This document shows positions 48,560 through 61,314 of a DNA stretch of 64,000 nucleotides, piece after piece; within the stretch, counting starts at the first letter, position 1, and each line of letters begins with the position of its first letter. This DNA is from Octopus bimaculoides. Its lineage: Eukaryota. The translations under genes were made by a program, and so were the position numbers. Below the pieces are notes generated by a model. That model was not told the origin of the DNA, did no database searches, and saw only the letters and a list, made by a program, of their open reading frames with translations. The stretch spans positions 30,120,501-30,184,500 of the forward strand of contig NC_068982.1 of assembly GCF_001194135.2 (NCBI RefSeq), given 5' to 3'.

Positions 48560-49060
48560 CGGACATCGGTGCTTGACTGGTAATTATTTTATTGACCTGG
48601 AAAGGATTGATGGCAAATCCAACCTCACTGGAGTGTGAACTCAGAACATAAAACCCAAAGATATACTGTTAAGCATTTTGTCCACTATTCTAACAATTCT
48701 GCCAGCTCCTGTCTAAAATGTTATGAATGGAATTTATTATAGACACAAATCCTTAAATTTTATGGAAGTGGGTGAGTCAAGACTGTAAAGTCGAAAGAAA
48801 TCCCACTAAGCCTTTTGTCCAACATGCTAATGTTTCTGCTACCTCACTGCCTGTAAGAAAATTTTCGATTATAGGCACAAGGCCTGAGATTTCTTAGCGG
48901 GGGGTGGTTACATCGGCATCAGTGCTACACTGGCACTTATTTTATTTATCTCTAGAGGTTGATAGTCAAAGTTGACTTAAGCAGAATTTGAACACAGAAC
49001 ATCAAGACAGACAAAATACTACTGAGCATTTTCCCCTGTGGGCTAATGACTCTGCATGTA
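48560..49060 (-). mobile_element. Cluster of two to three inverted SINE family B copies
   Basis: gaactcagaacataaa and gaatttgaacacagaac motifs, with the family B tail repeated. Confidence 0.7.
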
Positions 49061-49624
49061 CATTTATATAAACAAATGTGCCTTTTCTTTTTTAAGACAG
49101 CTTTATATGATATTACCCCGCAGCATTTAGATTACTCTTTCAAATCTAATGCTTATTTATTCACATCATTTTGAATTTCTCTATTTTTTTGTGGTTGTTC
49201 TGCTTTTGCAGATTCCCATAACTCTGCTGCTGCCATCCAATTCCATTATTATGAATTTGAATTGGAGTCTTGAGTCATACTGAATCTTTCATTAGCTTAT
49301 TACACAACCATGGATGCCAACCCTGTCGATACATTGCAGTTACTCATTTGATAGAGATTTGTGATCATGGCTGTTGATCTTTTAGGATTCTTCAGCTCAG
49401 CGTCAGTGTAAGAAGCACCATTGGCTCAGTTGAGTTCTTCCACTGCCTCTTCACAATCCATCATGCTGCTGTCCCATGACTTTACTGTATCCCATGTTGG
49501 GTGGCTGAATGGGTGTCATACCTTGCCATGGAGCAACCCACAAGTATGCTGGTCACAGTCCTCACTCTTTCAGGTATTTCCAAAATACCTGCATTTTTAA
49601 TTAATCATTTTGATGCAGCATGGA

Positions 49625-49810
49625 ATTTTGTCAGTGAACAGGTCGCGATCTCAAAGCGACGAAAATATTTCAACAAATTAAATTTTAATTTTAAAGTGAA
49701 TCTAACGGTTTTTGTGTGTTTCTTAAATGGCTTATAAACACCTTCCACGCTGCAATTATTTTCGTTCCAGCACAGGATCTCAGATCAGGTTGCTTGCTAT
49801 GCAAGTACAT
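49625..49810 (-). mobile_element. Interspersed repeat, inverted relative to the copy at 63625-63740
   Basis: The reverse complement aattgcagcgtggaaggtgtttataagccattta...ccgttagattcact...aatattttcgtcgc matches 63625-63730. Confidence 0.75.
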
Positions 49811-49819
49811 CTCCATAAC

Positions 49820-49985
49820 ATTTTGAATTAATCATACATTATTTTATAGCTTTGAGATTTCAATGATGTGATTGTTTGTCTTCAGAATGACATAGTAGGG
49901 TAAGTGTGAGAGGCTGGATCTGGCTGCTTTGAACATAAAACATATAGAATATTTGAGTTAAATATGGCTGCTTTAAATATTAAAG
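49820..49985 (+). mobile_element. TTAA MITE fragment (633-860 family)
   Basis: ttttgaattaatcatacatt...gagaggctggatctggctgctttgaacataaaac. The 5' part probably lies near 49130. Confidence 0.6.
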
Positions 49986-50096
49986 TGATAAGGTAGTATT
50001 ATATGATTTAAGGAGTTTTAGGTGCTTTATCCAGCTTGTTGAGCAACTCTGGTGAGGCTTTCTTTTAATGGCTTTTACAAAATTATGTATTTGTAT

Positions 50097-50131
<35 letters not shown>

Positions 50132-50337
50132 GTATGTATGTGTGTATGCATGTATGTATGTATGTATGTATGTAGGCATGCCTACATTTGTGAATAATTT
50201 CATTATTGCGCACATGATCCTCTCTATAGTTGTCCTTATGTATGGGTCTATGAAATTCTGTGATCTCATTTATTGGTGAAAGATATCTAGCATGGAGAAT
50301 CTTAGAATGAGATTTTCTTCTTTTCCTTCCTCTTCCA

Positions 50338-50398
<61 letters not shown>
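50338..50398. repeat. (ATT)n microsatellite
   Basis: Direct reading. Confidence 0.97.
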
Positions 50399-50399
<1 letters not shown>

Positions 50400-50917
50400 G
50401 ATGTCTTTTTGGTTTTAATCTTAATTTTGCTTTTTAATCATGCTCAGTAGAGTTGTAGNNNNNNNNNNNNNNNNNNNNNNNNNNNNNNNNNNNNNNNNNN
50501 NNNNNNNNNNNNNNNNNNNNNNNNNNNNNNNNNNNNNNNNNNNNNNNNNNNNNNNNNNNNNNNNNNNNNNNNNNNNNNNNNNNNNNNNNNNNNNNNNNNN
50601 NNNNNNNNNNNNNNNNNNNNNNNNNNNNNNNNNNNNNNNNNNNNNNNNNNNNNNNNNNNNNNNNNNNNNNNNNNNNNNNNNNNNNNNNNNNNNNNNNNNN
50701 NNNNNNNNNNNNNNNNNNNNNNNNNNNNNNNNNNNNNNNNNNNNNNNNNNNNNNNNNNNNNNNNNNNNNNNNNNNNNNNNNNNNNNNNNNNNNNNNNNNN
50801 NNNNNNNNNNNNNNNNNNNNNNNNNNNNNNNNNNNNNNNNNNNNNNNNNNNNNNNNNNNNNNNNNNNNNNNNNNNNNNNNNNNNNNNNNNNNNNNNNNNN
50901 NNNNNNNNNNNNNNNNN

Positions 50918-51400
50918 GGCCATGCCCAAAATGGTGTATTTTACGTGCCACTTGCACAGGAGCCAGTCCAGCAGCACTGGCAACGATCTCGCTCGAATGT
51001 CTTTTCACGTGCCACTGGCACAAGTGCCAGGAAGGCGACACTGGTAACGATCACTCCCAAATGGTGCTACTTACGTGCCACTGGCACGGAAGCCAGGTAG
51101 CTGCTCTGGCAACGATCACGCTCAGATGGTGCTCTTAGCACTCCGCTGGTACAGGTGCCATCACGATTTCACTTTCATTTGCCCCAACAGGTCTTCGCAA
51201 GCTGAGTTTATTGTCCAATGAAGGAGACGTTAGCATGGGTGCCAGTTGTCAAATTTAGTTCGATTTCGATTTTACTTGCCTCAACAGGTCTTTTCAAGCA
51301 GAGTTTAGTGTGCAATGAAGGAAAGGTATGCATAAGTTGGCTGGCTACACCCCTGGCAGAGGCCTCAGATTATGGTTTTACTTAGCTTGCTGAGTCTTCT
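50918..51400. repeat. GC-rich interspersed repeat with about three degenerate internal units of about 65 bp
   Basis: tacgtgccact(t/g)gcac...ctggcaacgatc recurs three times, and gatttcacttt...gcctcaacaggtctt...gagttta.tgt.caatgaagga twice. Confidence 0.65.
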
Positions 51401-51419
51401 TGGCTTGTTATATATTATC

Positions 51420-51810
51420 TTTTACTTATTTTAATAATTGGACTGTGGCCTTGCTGGAGTACTGCGTTAAAGGGTTTTTTTTTGAACAAACTGACTCTCA
51501 TCTCTTACTTAACTGTAGTGTTTATTCTATTAGTTCTCTTTGAAGAACTGCTAAGTCATGGTAATGTAAACAAACTAACACTGATTGTCAAGTGGTGGTG
51601 GGAACAAACACAAATGCAATGAAACACACACACAAGCACACATATGCATATACCACAAGCTTCTATACAGTTTCTATCTATCAAATTCACTTGCAATGCA
51701 TTGGTTTGCCTGGTGCTCTGGTAGAGGACACTTGATCACGGTGCTGTGTAGTGTGACTGAACCGGAAATCATGTGGTTGTGAAGTGAGCTTCTTAAACCA
51801 TATAGCTATG
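51420..51810 (-). mobile_element. SINE family A, inverted, decayed
   Basis: The reverse complement aligns to 1468-1912. Confidence 0.75.
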
Positions 51811-52269
51811 TGGTTTTATGTCCATTTTTCTTTACTTGCATGGTTTGTTTGAATGTATTTTTGGAACATTGTTTTACAGTCTGATGCTCTTCCTGTTACA
51901 AAACTTTGCTTGTTTCATAAGTAAAGGATCTTTTGTTTCGCACATCTCATCTCTGAAGGTGCAAATCAAGCTGATAAGTGTTAACACCATCACCATGGCT
52001 GCTATCAGCACCTCTACCACCACTTGTAGTTCATGTCACAGAGTGCAAATGGAATCTAATATACAGACACCTACATATACATATATACATCATAACACAC
52101 AAGCACATATATAGATGTGTGCGTGCGTAAGTGTACATATTACTTTTGCTCTAGGAAGAAAGCAGTCTTCCACCTCATCTGCTGCAATGTCCAGCACAAA
52201 CCTTGGGAGATCGAAAATGAGTGATGGATAAACCTTGCCAAAAGTTTTCATTCTTTCTTGTTGGAATTA

Positions 52270-52477
52270 TTAACCCCTTTTATACCAACTTGCCCGAGAC
52301 CACCATGTTATAAAAACTCATGTTTTAAAAATAGTATCAGTGAAAACTTTCCATTAGAACTTCTTGTTAATTTACATTCCTAGTACCAAATTTATTTTAC
52401 TAAATTCTTCATTATTCTTAAAGATAGTTGAAACAAAAGCAGTGTATTTCAGCAGAAATGTGGCCACAAAAGGTTAA
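52270..52477 (-). mobile_element. Full-length TTAA MITE of the 324-632 family
   Basis: Termini TTAACCCCTTTT and AAAAGGTTAA. The reverse complement aligns to 324-632 and 861-890. Confidence 0.65.
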
Positions 52478-52944
52478 TGCTAACTAATGTATTATGGTAT
52501 TAAAACAAATGATTTGAGTGTGATATATCTATTTCTTTTTTTTTCTAAATAGATGTTCAATTTCAGCTTCACTGTGAAAATTAAACAAAACTAGACAATA
52601 GGATTTATCTCTTCTTGGTTAGAAAAATATGATTAGTTTGTTAGTTGGACTTGTTCCTGGGAGGATGGGGCACCTATCTTCTGTCCAAGGAGAAGTTAGT
52701 AGAGTAGTGGCTGAGAGCTATTTATAGAGTATATAAACATGGGCTGAGCTAAAGTGGCCGGTCGAATTTGCATAATAGAAAATATGTTGATATAGTTTAA
52801 TTGGTTAAACCATGGAGAAATTCATGGATAACTTTTGATTAGTTTTAAATCTAACATCTAAAAAATACCTAGCATGTTGGTTAAAGACTGTCGATTACAC
52901 TTACTTCATATTTTGCTTAGCGAGAGATTAAAACAAGGTGTTTA

Positions 52945-53165
52945 ACACTTTAGCCTTCAAATTATTTTGTCAATTGTAATGCTTCTTTATTCACATTGTT
53001 TTGAATTAACCAAGCATTATCTTCTAGCTTTGAGATTTTGATGATGTGATTGTTTGTTTTTAGACTGACATTGTAGGAGAGGTGTGAGAGACTGGATCTG
53101 GCTGGCTTCAGTGTAAAACTGGTAGAATATATGGGCCAGATTTAGTTGGTTTAAATGCTACAGGA
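52945..53165 (+). mobile_element. TTAA MITE (633-860 family)
   Basis: ttaacactttagccttcaaatt...gtttaaatgctacagg is colinear with 633-860. Confidence 0.7.
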
Positions 53166-54286
53166 TACAATAAAGCTAAATTGGTATTTTAGTAAGATAT
53201 GTATTCTTTACATTTCATATTATCCGAAAAATACTGTGTAGTAAATTATGAATTAATCAAAAAAATCATTATTTGTTGGACTCCTTTTACATATAACTGT
53301 CCTTTTCAGATTTGATTCATATTAGAAACCTTTCCACTAACTTTTTTTGAATAAATTTACCACACATGAACTTTGCTATGCTATGAACTGCTGTTTTGTC
53401 CATTTGCAAAGTCACTCTCTCACTCAATCTCTTACTCCAGATATTCTTGTCTTTATATCATTCTCTTTCTCTTTCAAGTCCTCACCATTCTCACAGTCTT
53501 ATTGAAATATCCCCCACTCTACGCTTCTTCTCAACTCTTACTCTTTCATTCCGCTTTCAATTCTTCCAATTCTGATTCCTTTGTTTCCCTCTCTTTCTTT
53601 CCTAGCTTCTTGTTTCAGAAATCTTTGTATTTCTTTTGTCCTTTGTACCAATTCAGTATGACTTTTCTTTCATATTCAACTCCTATTCCTCCCCTCTCTC
53701 CATCGCTCCCTTCTCTCAATCCTCCCCTTTCATTAGCTTCAGCTGAAGAAACTTTTGTTGGTCCAATCATTAAACACATCTTTGTAGTAAAGATAAGAGA
53801 AATTTTGTTATTGCTTTTATTGCAGGTTGAATTGTTTAACATTTACATAGTATCGTGTTTATCATAAACGATTACAATACAGATTTACGGAGTAGAAATA
53901 TTGTATTTCAATTGTATTTTGCTGAGTTGAATTGAATGCATTGACTTAGGCTAAGTGGTAACGTACATTGCCAACATTCTGTCTATATGACATTAAAGTT
54001 AGCGACTTGTGTTTTTGATGTGTGTCTTTGTTTAAAACCAAAACAAAAAACAAACTTGCTTGGTAGAAGAAATAAGGAATCTACATAATTCAGTATACTA
54101 AATGTTAAAAGTTGCATTCTGTGTTGCATGCATGCTTCTACATACTCGAAACTAAAGAACTGCATGTGTGTTTCTTAAATATTTCTTTATTCCTGTTCAT
54201 ATTAAATATATCAGCAAAAACAAAGGGAAAAAGAGAATCGCTACAATACAGCTGTGTGTGTATATATGTATGTGTGCATATATGTA

Positions 54287-54336
<50 letters not shown>

Positions 54337-54576
54337 CATACATACATACATACAAGCATACATGTATATATATATATATANNNNNNNNNNNNNNNNNNNN
54401 NNNNNNNNNNNNNNNNNNNNNNNNNNNNNNNNNNNNNNNNNNNNNNNNNNNNNNNNNNNNNNNNNNNNNNNNNNNNNNNNNNNNNNNNNNNNNNNNNNNN
54501 NNNNNNNNNNNNNNNNNNNNNNNNNNNNNNNNNNNNNNNNATCAAGATCTCTTTCTTTGTTTTGTTGTCTTTTCTA

Positions 54577-54614
<38 letters not shown>

Positions 54615-56663
54615 CACCATTCATTTAATGTCCATTTTCTGTGCTGGCAAGAGTTGGGCAGTTGACAGGAGCTGGCAAGCCAAAGGGCTGCACCAGGCTC
54701 CAGTTGTTTGGTTTGGCATACCTTCTATGACTGGATGCCCTTCCTAATGCCAACCACTATACTGAGTCTACACTGCACTACAACTATCATATGATATCAG
54801 GGCAAGGAGACAGCCACAAACTCAAGTACACATATGTCTTTTCTCTCGCCATTTTTTTTGTTCTCTCTCCATTTTTTGTTTTTCCTCTCATCCCTTTCTG
54901 TTGAAATGTCAAAGACTTCTTCCATTCTTCCCAGTTTTGTTGTTCCCTCACCTATCTTCGTCTTTTGTTTTTTTTGTAAATTTGAACCATATATACAAAT
55001 ATATGAATAAAGCTTTTTTTCTCAGTATTTGTCTACAAAACCTCACACGGGCCTTGGTTGTCCTCACTGTTATGATAGTAAAAACTTGCTCATGGTACCA
55101 AACTGTAGGACTAACTCTGAAACCATGTGGTTCGGAAAGAAATTTCTTACTATGCAGAGTTACTGTAGATTTTTGCCTGGAAAGCTACTCTTTGAGGCAC
55201 TATTGTGAGGGTAGAGTTTTGTTTTTCTTTGGAAGGTCAACAGTTACCTGTGCATTGCAAATCTCCACATTTTGTGCTGCTGCTGTTGTTCAAGGGAAAC
55301 CCAAGGGTTGATACATGTTCACACCACTGTTATCATAGGCATTGCAATCAGAATGCTATGAGCCAGAGCATAAGTGGTCAATCACCCCATTAGACTCTCT
55401 GGTAAGTCTGCCAACCCACATGCACCTGTGGAATGCTCACTCATTCATATGCTTATTCATTGTGTCAGTGTTTTGGTTAATGTCACACCTGAAGACTCAT
55501 CGTCAAAAACTTATGGAGACCCACATACACAACATATGCAAGACCCACATGCACACGCATGCATGCACACACATACACACACACACACACGCACACGCAC
55601 TTCCTCTCGCTCTCCCTCTCTCTCTCTCCCTCTCTCTCCATCTCTCCCTTCTTCTCTCTATCCTTCTTCCTCTCTATCCCTCTTCCTCTCTCTCCCTCCT
55701 TTTTTCCTCTCTCTGTCCCTTTCTCTCTTTCTCCTCCTTTCTCCCTTTCTCACACACAAGTTTGATTGCTTGGTATTACGAACCACTTTATCGTTTTTGG
55801 TTTATTAAAAGCAGTGTGTATAAAACCCTCTGAGTGCTCCCATTGCCAAACATTGTAATTTTCTCTCAACTTGCATATTATGTGTAACAGGTTTATAATT
55901 GAGGTAGTCACCATGGGGTTTTTGGTTTCATTTTGTGATACTTCTATAAATCATTAATCTTTTCATAACAGCTCAACTTGGGCCTTCTAGGCTACAAATT
56001 TCAGGATACAATTAATTTTCAAGTTTTCTTATTCAATTTACAATTATCCAATATAATTTACCAACTACTTTTTCAAAAAATATGTTCCATATTCATTATT
56101 AATTAACAACAACATTAATTATTCTACTTAATCCCTCAAAATACCTAATTTTCAAAAATAAATTTATTCCAACAAACAAGCTGTCCATTTCATTTGAAAT
56201 TTGGTTACAAACAAGATGAATGCCAGGATTTACATAGCGGTTGTGTATGTACAATAATTGTATACTTGTTGGAAAACAATAGCTGGGTGTTTGCATTGCA
56301 GATATCTCACTACTGTGACAGAGTATAAAGAAGAGCAGGGATGAAAATGTGTCCATCACTCGCTGCATTCATTTCACATAAATCTCTGTTATTATGTGTT
56401 GTTTCTTTATCTGTAAGGACACTGCTTAAATCTGTCTTGAGCTGACCTTTAGAATCAACTCTTAGAAAATGAAAGTGTTTTGTGATTACCAGGAAATGGA
56501 GATGAGCATGGTAATTTTATTATTTCGTATTTCCGTTCATTAATCCTTTTCATTACCGAATACTTTTGTTCATAGTTGGCTAAATATAAAGTTTTTGAGA
56601 ATTTTTTTTTTTTTTTTTGTTTGTTTTTGTTATCCCATTCAATTTAATACTGATATCGAACAG

Positions 56664-56755
56664 TATCAATGAGGATAATGCTGTAGATTTTCTACAGGAA
56701 CCTAATGTTATTCTAATGTCAAGAATTGCATATACAATGAGTCGTGCATGTGATG
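56664..56755 (+). CDS. Candidate internal exon, (S)INEDNAVDFLQEPNVILMSRIAYTMSRACD(G)
   Basis: First AG after a long T-rich tract (56662-63), alternative acceptor ttttctacag at 56697, donor ATG|GTAATG (56756). A single frame is open. Not recognised. Confidence 0.35.
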
Positions 56756-57150
56756 GTAATGAAAAATATTTAAAAGAAAGGACATATTCGGCGATGCAAT
56801 TGCATGGAAACCAAAAATGTCAAGTTTAGAACATTCTTTAGTAACAGCAGTATTGGCATTTCAGAAATAATGCAAGTGATTTCATGATAGATGCTAGAAA
56901 CAACTGGTGACCTCTTGTTAGTTTTGTAACTATGATTCAATTGTATCAATATTTCAAAGACATATCATTAGATATACCATAAGATAAAACGTATATTTCA
57001 TTATGCTATATATTTAAAAGATATAACATGAGATATAGTGTATATTTCACAGATATAAAACATCATAGGTTAAAATGAGGATGAAGTGCTATTGAATGAA
57101 TATCTAATGTTTAAATGAACATACACCCACAAAAGAAATATATGTATATA

Positions 57151-57417
57151 TACTGAAAGAAGCCCGTCGTATATATGTATATATATATGTATTTGTGTGT
57201 GTGTTTGTGTGTCTGTGTTTGTCCCCTAGCATTCCTTGACAACCGATGCTGGTGTGTTTATGTCCCCGTCACTTAGCAGTTCGGCAAAAGAGACCGATAG
57301 AATAAGTACTAGGCTTACAAAGAATAAGTCCCGGGGTCGATTTGCTCGACTAAAGGCGGTGCTCCAGCATGGCCGCAGTCAAATGACTGAAACAAATAAG
57401 AGAGTAAAAGAGTATAT
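57151..57417 (+). mobile_element. SINE family A, 3' half, CpG-rich (apparently young) copy
   Basis: gaagcccgtcg...ttcggcaaaagagaccgatag...ggggtcgatttgctcgactaaaggcggtgctccagcatggccgcagtc retains CpGs that are TG/CA in other copies. Confidence 0.9.
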
Positions 57418-57535
57418 ANNNNNNNNNNNNNNNNNNNNNNNNNNNNNNNNNNNNNNNNNNNNNNNNNNNNNNNNNNNNNNNNNNNNNNNNNNNNNNNNNN
57501 NNNNNNNNNNNNNNNNNNNNNNNNNNNNNNNNNNN

Positions 57536-57573
<38 letters not shown>

Positions 57574-57575
<2 letters not shown>

Positions 57576-57768
57576 CACTGCTGAGATGCTTAAAACATTT
57601 GGTGGTGTGGGTTATGGCCTAGTCACCCGTATTGTAAACCAGGTAGCTCATGATGGATTTATACCCAATGACTGGCGTAGCAGCACCATAGTCAATTACT
57701 ACAAGGGTAAAGGTGATGCTTTAGATAGAAATAACTACAGGAGTATCAAACTGCTGGATCAGGTGATG
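57574..57768 (+). mobile_element. RTE-clade LINE reverse transcriptase fragment
   Basis: ITAEMLKTFGGVGYGLVTRIVNQVAHDGFIPNDWRSSTIVNYYKGKGDALDRNNYRSIKLLDQVM matches the N-terminal RT block (P.DW..S.I..I.KGKGD...C.NYR.I.LL) of RTE LINEs. Confidence 0.9.
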
Positions 57769-58899
57769 TTTTCTGTTGTAAAAAAGGTTAAAGAGCAGAG
57801 ATATTTTAGAAAATATTATTTCCTTTTCTCTAGTTTGAAATTGTTTCTTTTATCTTCAAATTATCATGTGATTACTTTCATCTTGTAATTGTTTAACTCA
57901 CAAGATCTGCCCAGATTGGTATCTTTTGATGAATGGCGGCTGATGTAGAATTATAATCAAAGACTTCATTATATAACGCCTTGTTGTTTTAATAGCTTAT
58001 GGCCAACTGTGGTGAAGCAGATCCATGGTCAAAATCATCCCAGTTGTTATGAAGCCTTCCTTTTGAATTGGATCCAAGACTATATGATCATTTGCATTTT
58101 TCCTGGATATTAAGACAGCAGAGCATTATTTGATGGAGATTTGGCTACTGTTTCCAGCAGATCTAGTGACCATATACAACCTCCCTCTTTGGTTCCTATT
58201 AATCAGGTTGTTTTATATGGTTCAGTTAGATACAATCTTAGATAGGGTGTTGTCAAAATATTTCACATTAAAACAAATGTTCTGGTAATTTCTGAGGTTG
58301 CACAGTATACTGGGGTGGGGGGGATAAAAAGAAAGAGTGAGGTACTTTTTCCCTGTTGTGCTCCTGTATGGTTATATACCAATGGCTTGAACAGGTACAC
58401 AATTTAAGGAAGAATTAGCTATTGATTGTCAGTAGAAATTTTTTCAACATGTCTTCCATTAATTTTAACAGGAAGCATCATTTAAGACAATAGCTTTCTT
58501 TTTGTCTTTTCCTGTTTTTTTGTTAGCAGCCAACTAACAAACAATGGAAATACTCATCACATTTACTTGTAGAAAATCTTAGGTTTTTATCCAATTTTTA
58601 CCACTTCACTTGAATCATGTTTTTTTTTCTTGTATGAAGTCAATGTATTTGATTTTTAATTCTGAGTTCTCATGAAAATGTGGGTTAAAAATATGAGCTA
58701 GTCAAATAATTTTTCACTGAATCATCATCTTGATTGTGTGAAGTAAATTTATATATTTGTAATAAAGTAATCGATTAAAACTCACTGAATAGAAAGAAAT
58801 AGCATTGAATAGTACACAATTTGAATATAGCTGATATATTCAATACTAATAACAACAACAATCATAACCATTGTAACAATAATGAATAATAATAAGACC

Positions 58900-58990
58900 A
58901 GCAGTAATAACAATGATGATAATAATAATAATAATAGTAATAATTATTATGATAATAATAATAATAATAATAATAATAATGGTGATGATA
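58900..58990. repeat. (AAT)n microsatellite, imperfect
   Basis: Direct reading. Confidence 0.9.
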
Positions 58991-59094
58991 ATAGATAACA
59001 GGTGTCTCTGTTGTTCTGTATGGTGTGGGTGTTCATGTTTACCATTTGAATTGCTTTGTATTTTTTAAAATTAATATCAACATTCATAAGTTGT

Positions 59095-59157
59095 TCATCA
59101 TCATCATCATCATCATCGTCATCATCATCATCATCATCATCGTCATCATCATCATCA
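59095..59157. repeat. (CAT)n microsatellite
   Basis: Direct reading. Confidence 0.95.
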
Positions 59158-59789
59158 ATTTTTTTTTTTTTATCTCTTGCAAAATAATTTTACTGCAAAT
59201 GTTTGGAAATGTGCGTGTGGAGTCTAACCTATTCACTGAATTTTGTATTATAAATGGAAACCCGGTTTTGAAGAAAATAAAACATGTTGTATAGATGTTT
59301 ACAGAATTCTTTAAGGTGTAGTCGTGTGTGTTTGTTTTGCTTTGGTTTCTTATGTATCTTTGTTTACCAACTGAATATTAAGTGTAAAGGGAATAATGTT
59401 TTGTTCCTTTCCTTCTCTCGTATTTGCTATGTCTCTCTCTCTCTCTCTTTCTTTCACTCCTTCTTTCCCTCTCTCACACATTTGTGCATACATACTCACA
59501 TGCATTTAAAAATACATACACCCGTTCTGCTATTCTCTGCAATGACCACTATGTCACGTTTTCATTTGTTATATAATGTAAGAATATTAATGCAGTAGTA
59601 TTTTTAGATTATAGAATAATATATTTTAGAATGGTAAAATACTGTGACATCTATATTTTGCTGGCTCATCAATCACGAAATGCTATTTTTACCCCCTATT
59701 TAGTTAGCATTTGGCCCACTCCATCCTGCCATTTTTCATCCATAACACTGTTTTCCTTCATTCATTTGTTCCTACTATATGCTGAAGAC

Positions 59790-59985
59790 TTAAAATTTTG
59801 GGGGAGGGTGCTTGTCGATTACACGAACCTCACTACTCAACTGGTCCTTATTTCATAGACCCTGAAAGGATGAAAGGCAAAGTCGACTGTGGCAGAATTT
59901 CATTTCAGGACATACGTAAAGCCATATGACCTGCTGCTAAGCGTTTTGTTTATTCTGTTAACAATTCAGCCAGTTTGCTGCCTTT
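59790..59985 (-). mobile_element. SINE family B, inverted
   Basis: gaccctgaaaggatgaaaggcaaagtcgactgtggcagaattt...cagccagtttgctgcc. Confidence 0.75.
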
Positions 59986-60337
59986 GTTTTCCATCATAAT
60001 ACTGGATATAAAAACGAAGCACTTGGTATGTTTATATTCCCACAACTTAGTGGTTCAACAAAAGAGACTAAGAGAATAAATACCAGGCCTAAGGCAGTTA
60101 GTATTGAGGTTGATTTCAGTTGATGAAAATCCTTTTAGGTGGTGCCCCATCTTGACCGCACTCTAATTTCGGAAACCAGTAAAAGATAATTGATACTAGC
60201 CACGAAGCCATGTGCCAACATGTAAAATAAGTGACTGCTTCATTATTTTATTATTATTATTATTATTATTTTATCTTGCATATGTAGAGAGTTAAAGCGC
60301 AGTGTTGCTTATTTCACCAGTACAATGTACACAGTCA

Positions 60338-60591
60338 TTATCTTTCCAGATATCTTTGCTGCATTTCACATGGAGTTTTTGGTCCTCCAAAGTTCATTTC
60401 CCCCTTGTCTTTTGAGCTGCAGATTTTACTCTGGAAAATTTGACTTGTGTGCCAGAAAATACAGTAACTTAATGAATTCAGATCATCATTAGTGCCTACA
60501 AAGTCTTCATCATCTTCAACATCACTACTATTACTACTATTACTTTTTCCACCTAGTTTCTCCCTTTGCTGGTCCATTGCCCCTGGGCTTT
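60338..60591 (-). CDS. Candidate terminal exon or decayed ORF: acidic/Ser-rich peptide SPGAMDQQREKLGGKSNSSNSSDVEDDEDF...QRYLER*
   Basis: On the minus strand the acceptor-like tctctttcctacaagcag precedes an 83-codon open frame ending in TAA TGA. Composition is protein-like. It could equally be a transposase remnant. Confidence 0.25.
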
Positions 60592-61314
60592 CTGCTTGTA
60601 GGAAAGAGATATAACATCTGTCGCTGAAGTATTATCAGCATAGAAATACATGAATGGATGAGGCAAGGGGCACATATGTATACACACTGGGGTTCTGTAC
60701 AGTTTCCATCTCCTAAACTTCACTCGTAAATCATTGGCCAACTAGCAGCTGAAATAGGGAGACACTTGCCTTGAGTGCCATGAAATAGGATTTAATCCGA
60801 AACTGTTTGATTGTGAAGCAAATTCCTTCACTACACAACCATATCTCCTTCTATATTACTTCTGTTCTCTGATAATTCAATGGATTCATTCGCTCTCTTT
60901 CTGCTTAAAGCCTTTGTTGCTACATTAATTTGGATTTTATAAAGTGTTTACCCGCAAGGCTTAGGAAAATAATTTAATCTTCTCAATCTTACATTGCATT
61001 AAAAGGTCGTAAAAAGAAATTATGTTTAGCTATTTAATATGCCATACTAGTTTGTGCCTCTTACTTGCCATGCATTTGATAATTAGCTTTCTTGTTCAAG
61101 GAGGCATTGAGACTAAATGTCAATAACATTTTGACTAAATATTCTCACAATTTGGATGCATTTAATGTAGAGAACATGGTCAAAATTCCTGTCACTGCAG
61201 CATTGTTCTGAATTTGACCCATCACACAGCTCCTTGGAGACGTATTTTCTGCCATCATCCTGTATTGTCCACTATTTTTTAGTGAAATTTTGCTGGGCAG
61301 AAATTAACTAGAAA

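Noticed and set aside
50918-51160. Repeat-spacer-like periodicity of about 65 bp
   Set aside because: The whole unit is degenerately repeated with no unique spacers. It is the internal tandem structure of an interspersed repeat.
52745-52775. Octamer ATTTGCAT as an snRNA or Pol II/III regulatory element
   Set aside because: It is a single 8-mer, expected by chance in 64 kb of AT-rich DNA, and no snRNA-like sequence was recognised nearby.
53373-53867. 164-aa ORF
   Set aside because: It comes from a pyrimidine-rich low-complexity tract giving an S/L/F-rich translation. The opposite strand resembles decayed purine-rich repeat sequence with many stops.
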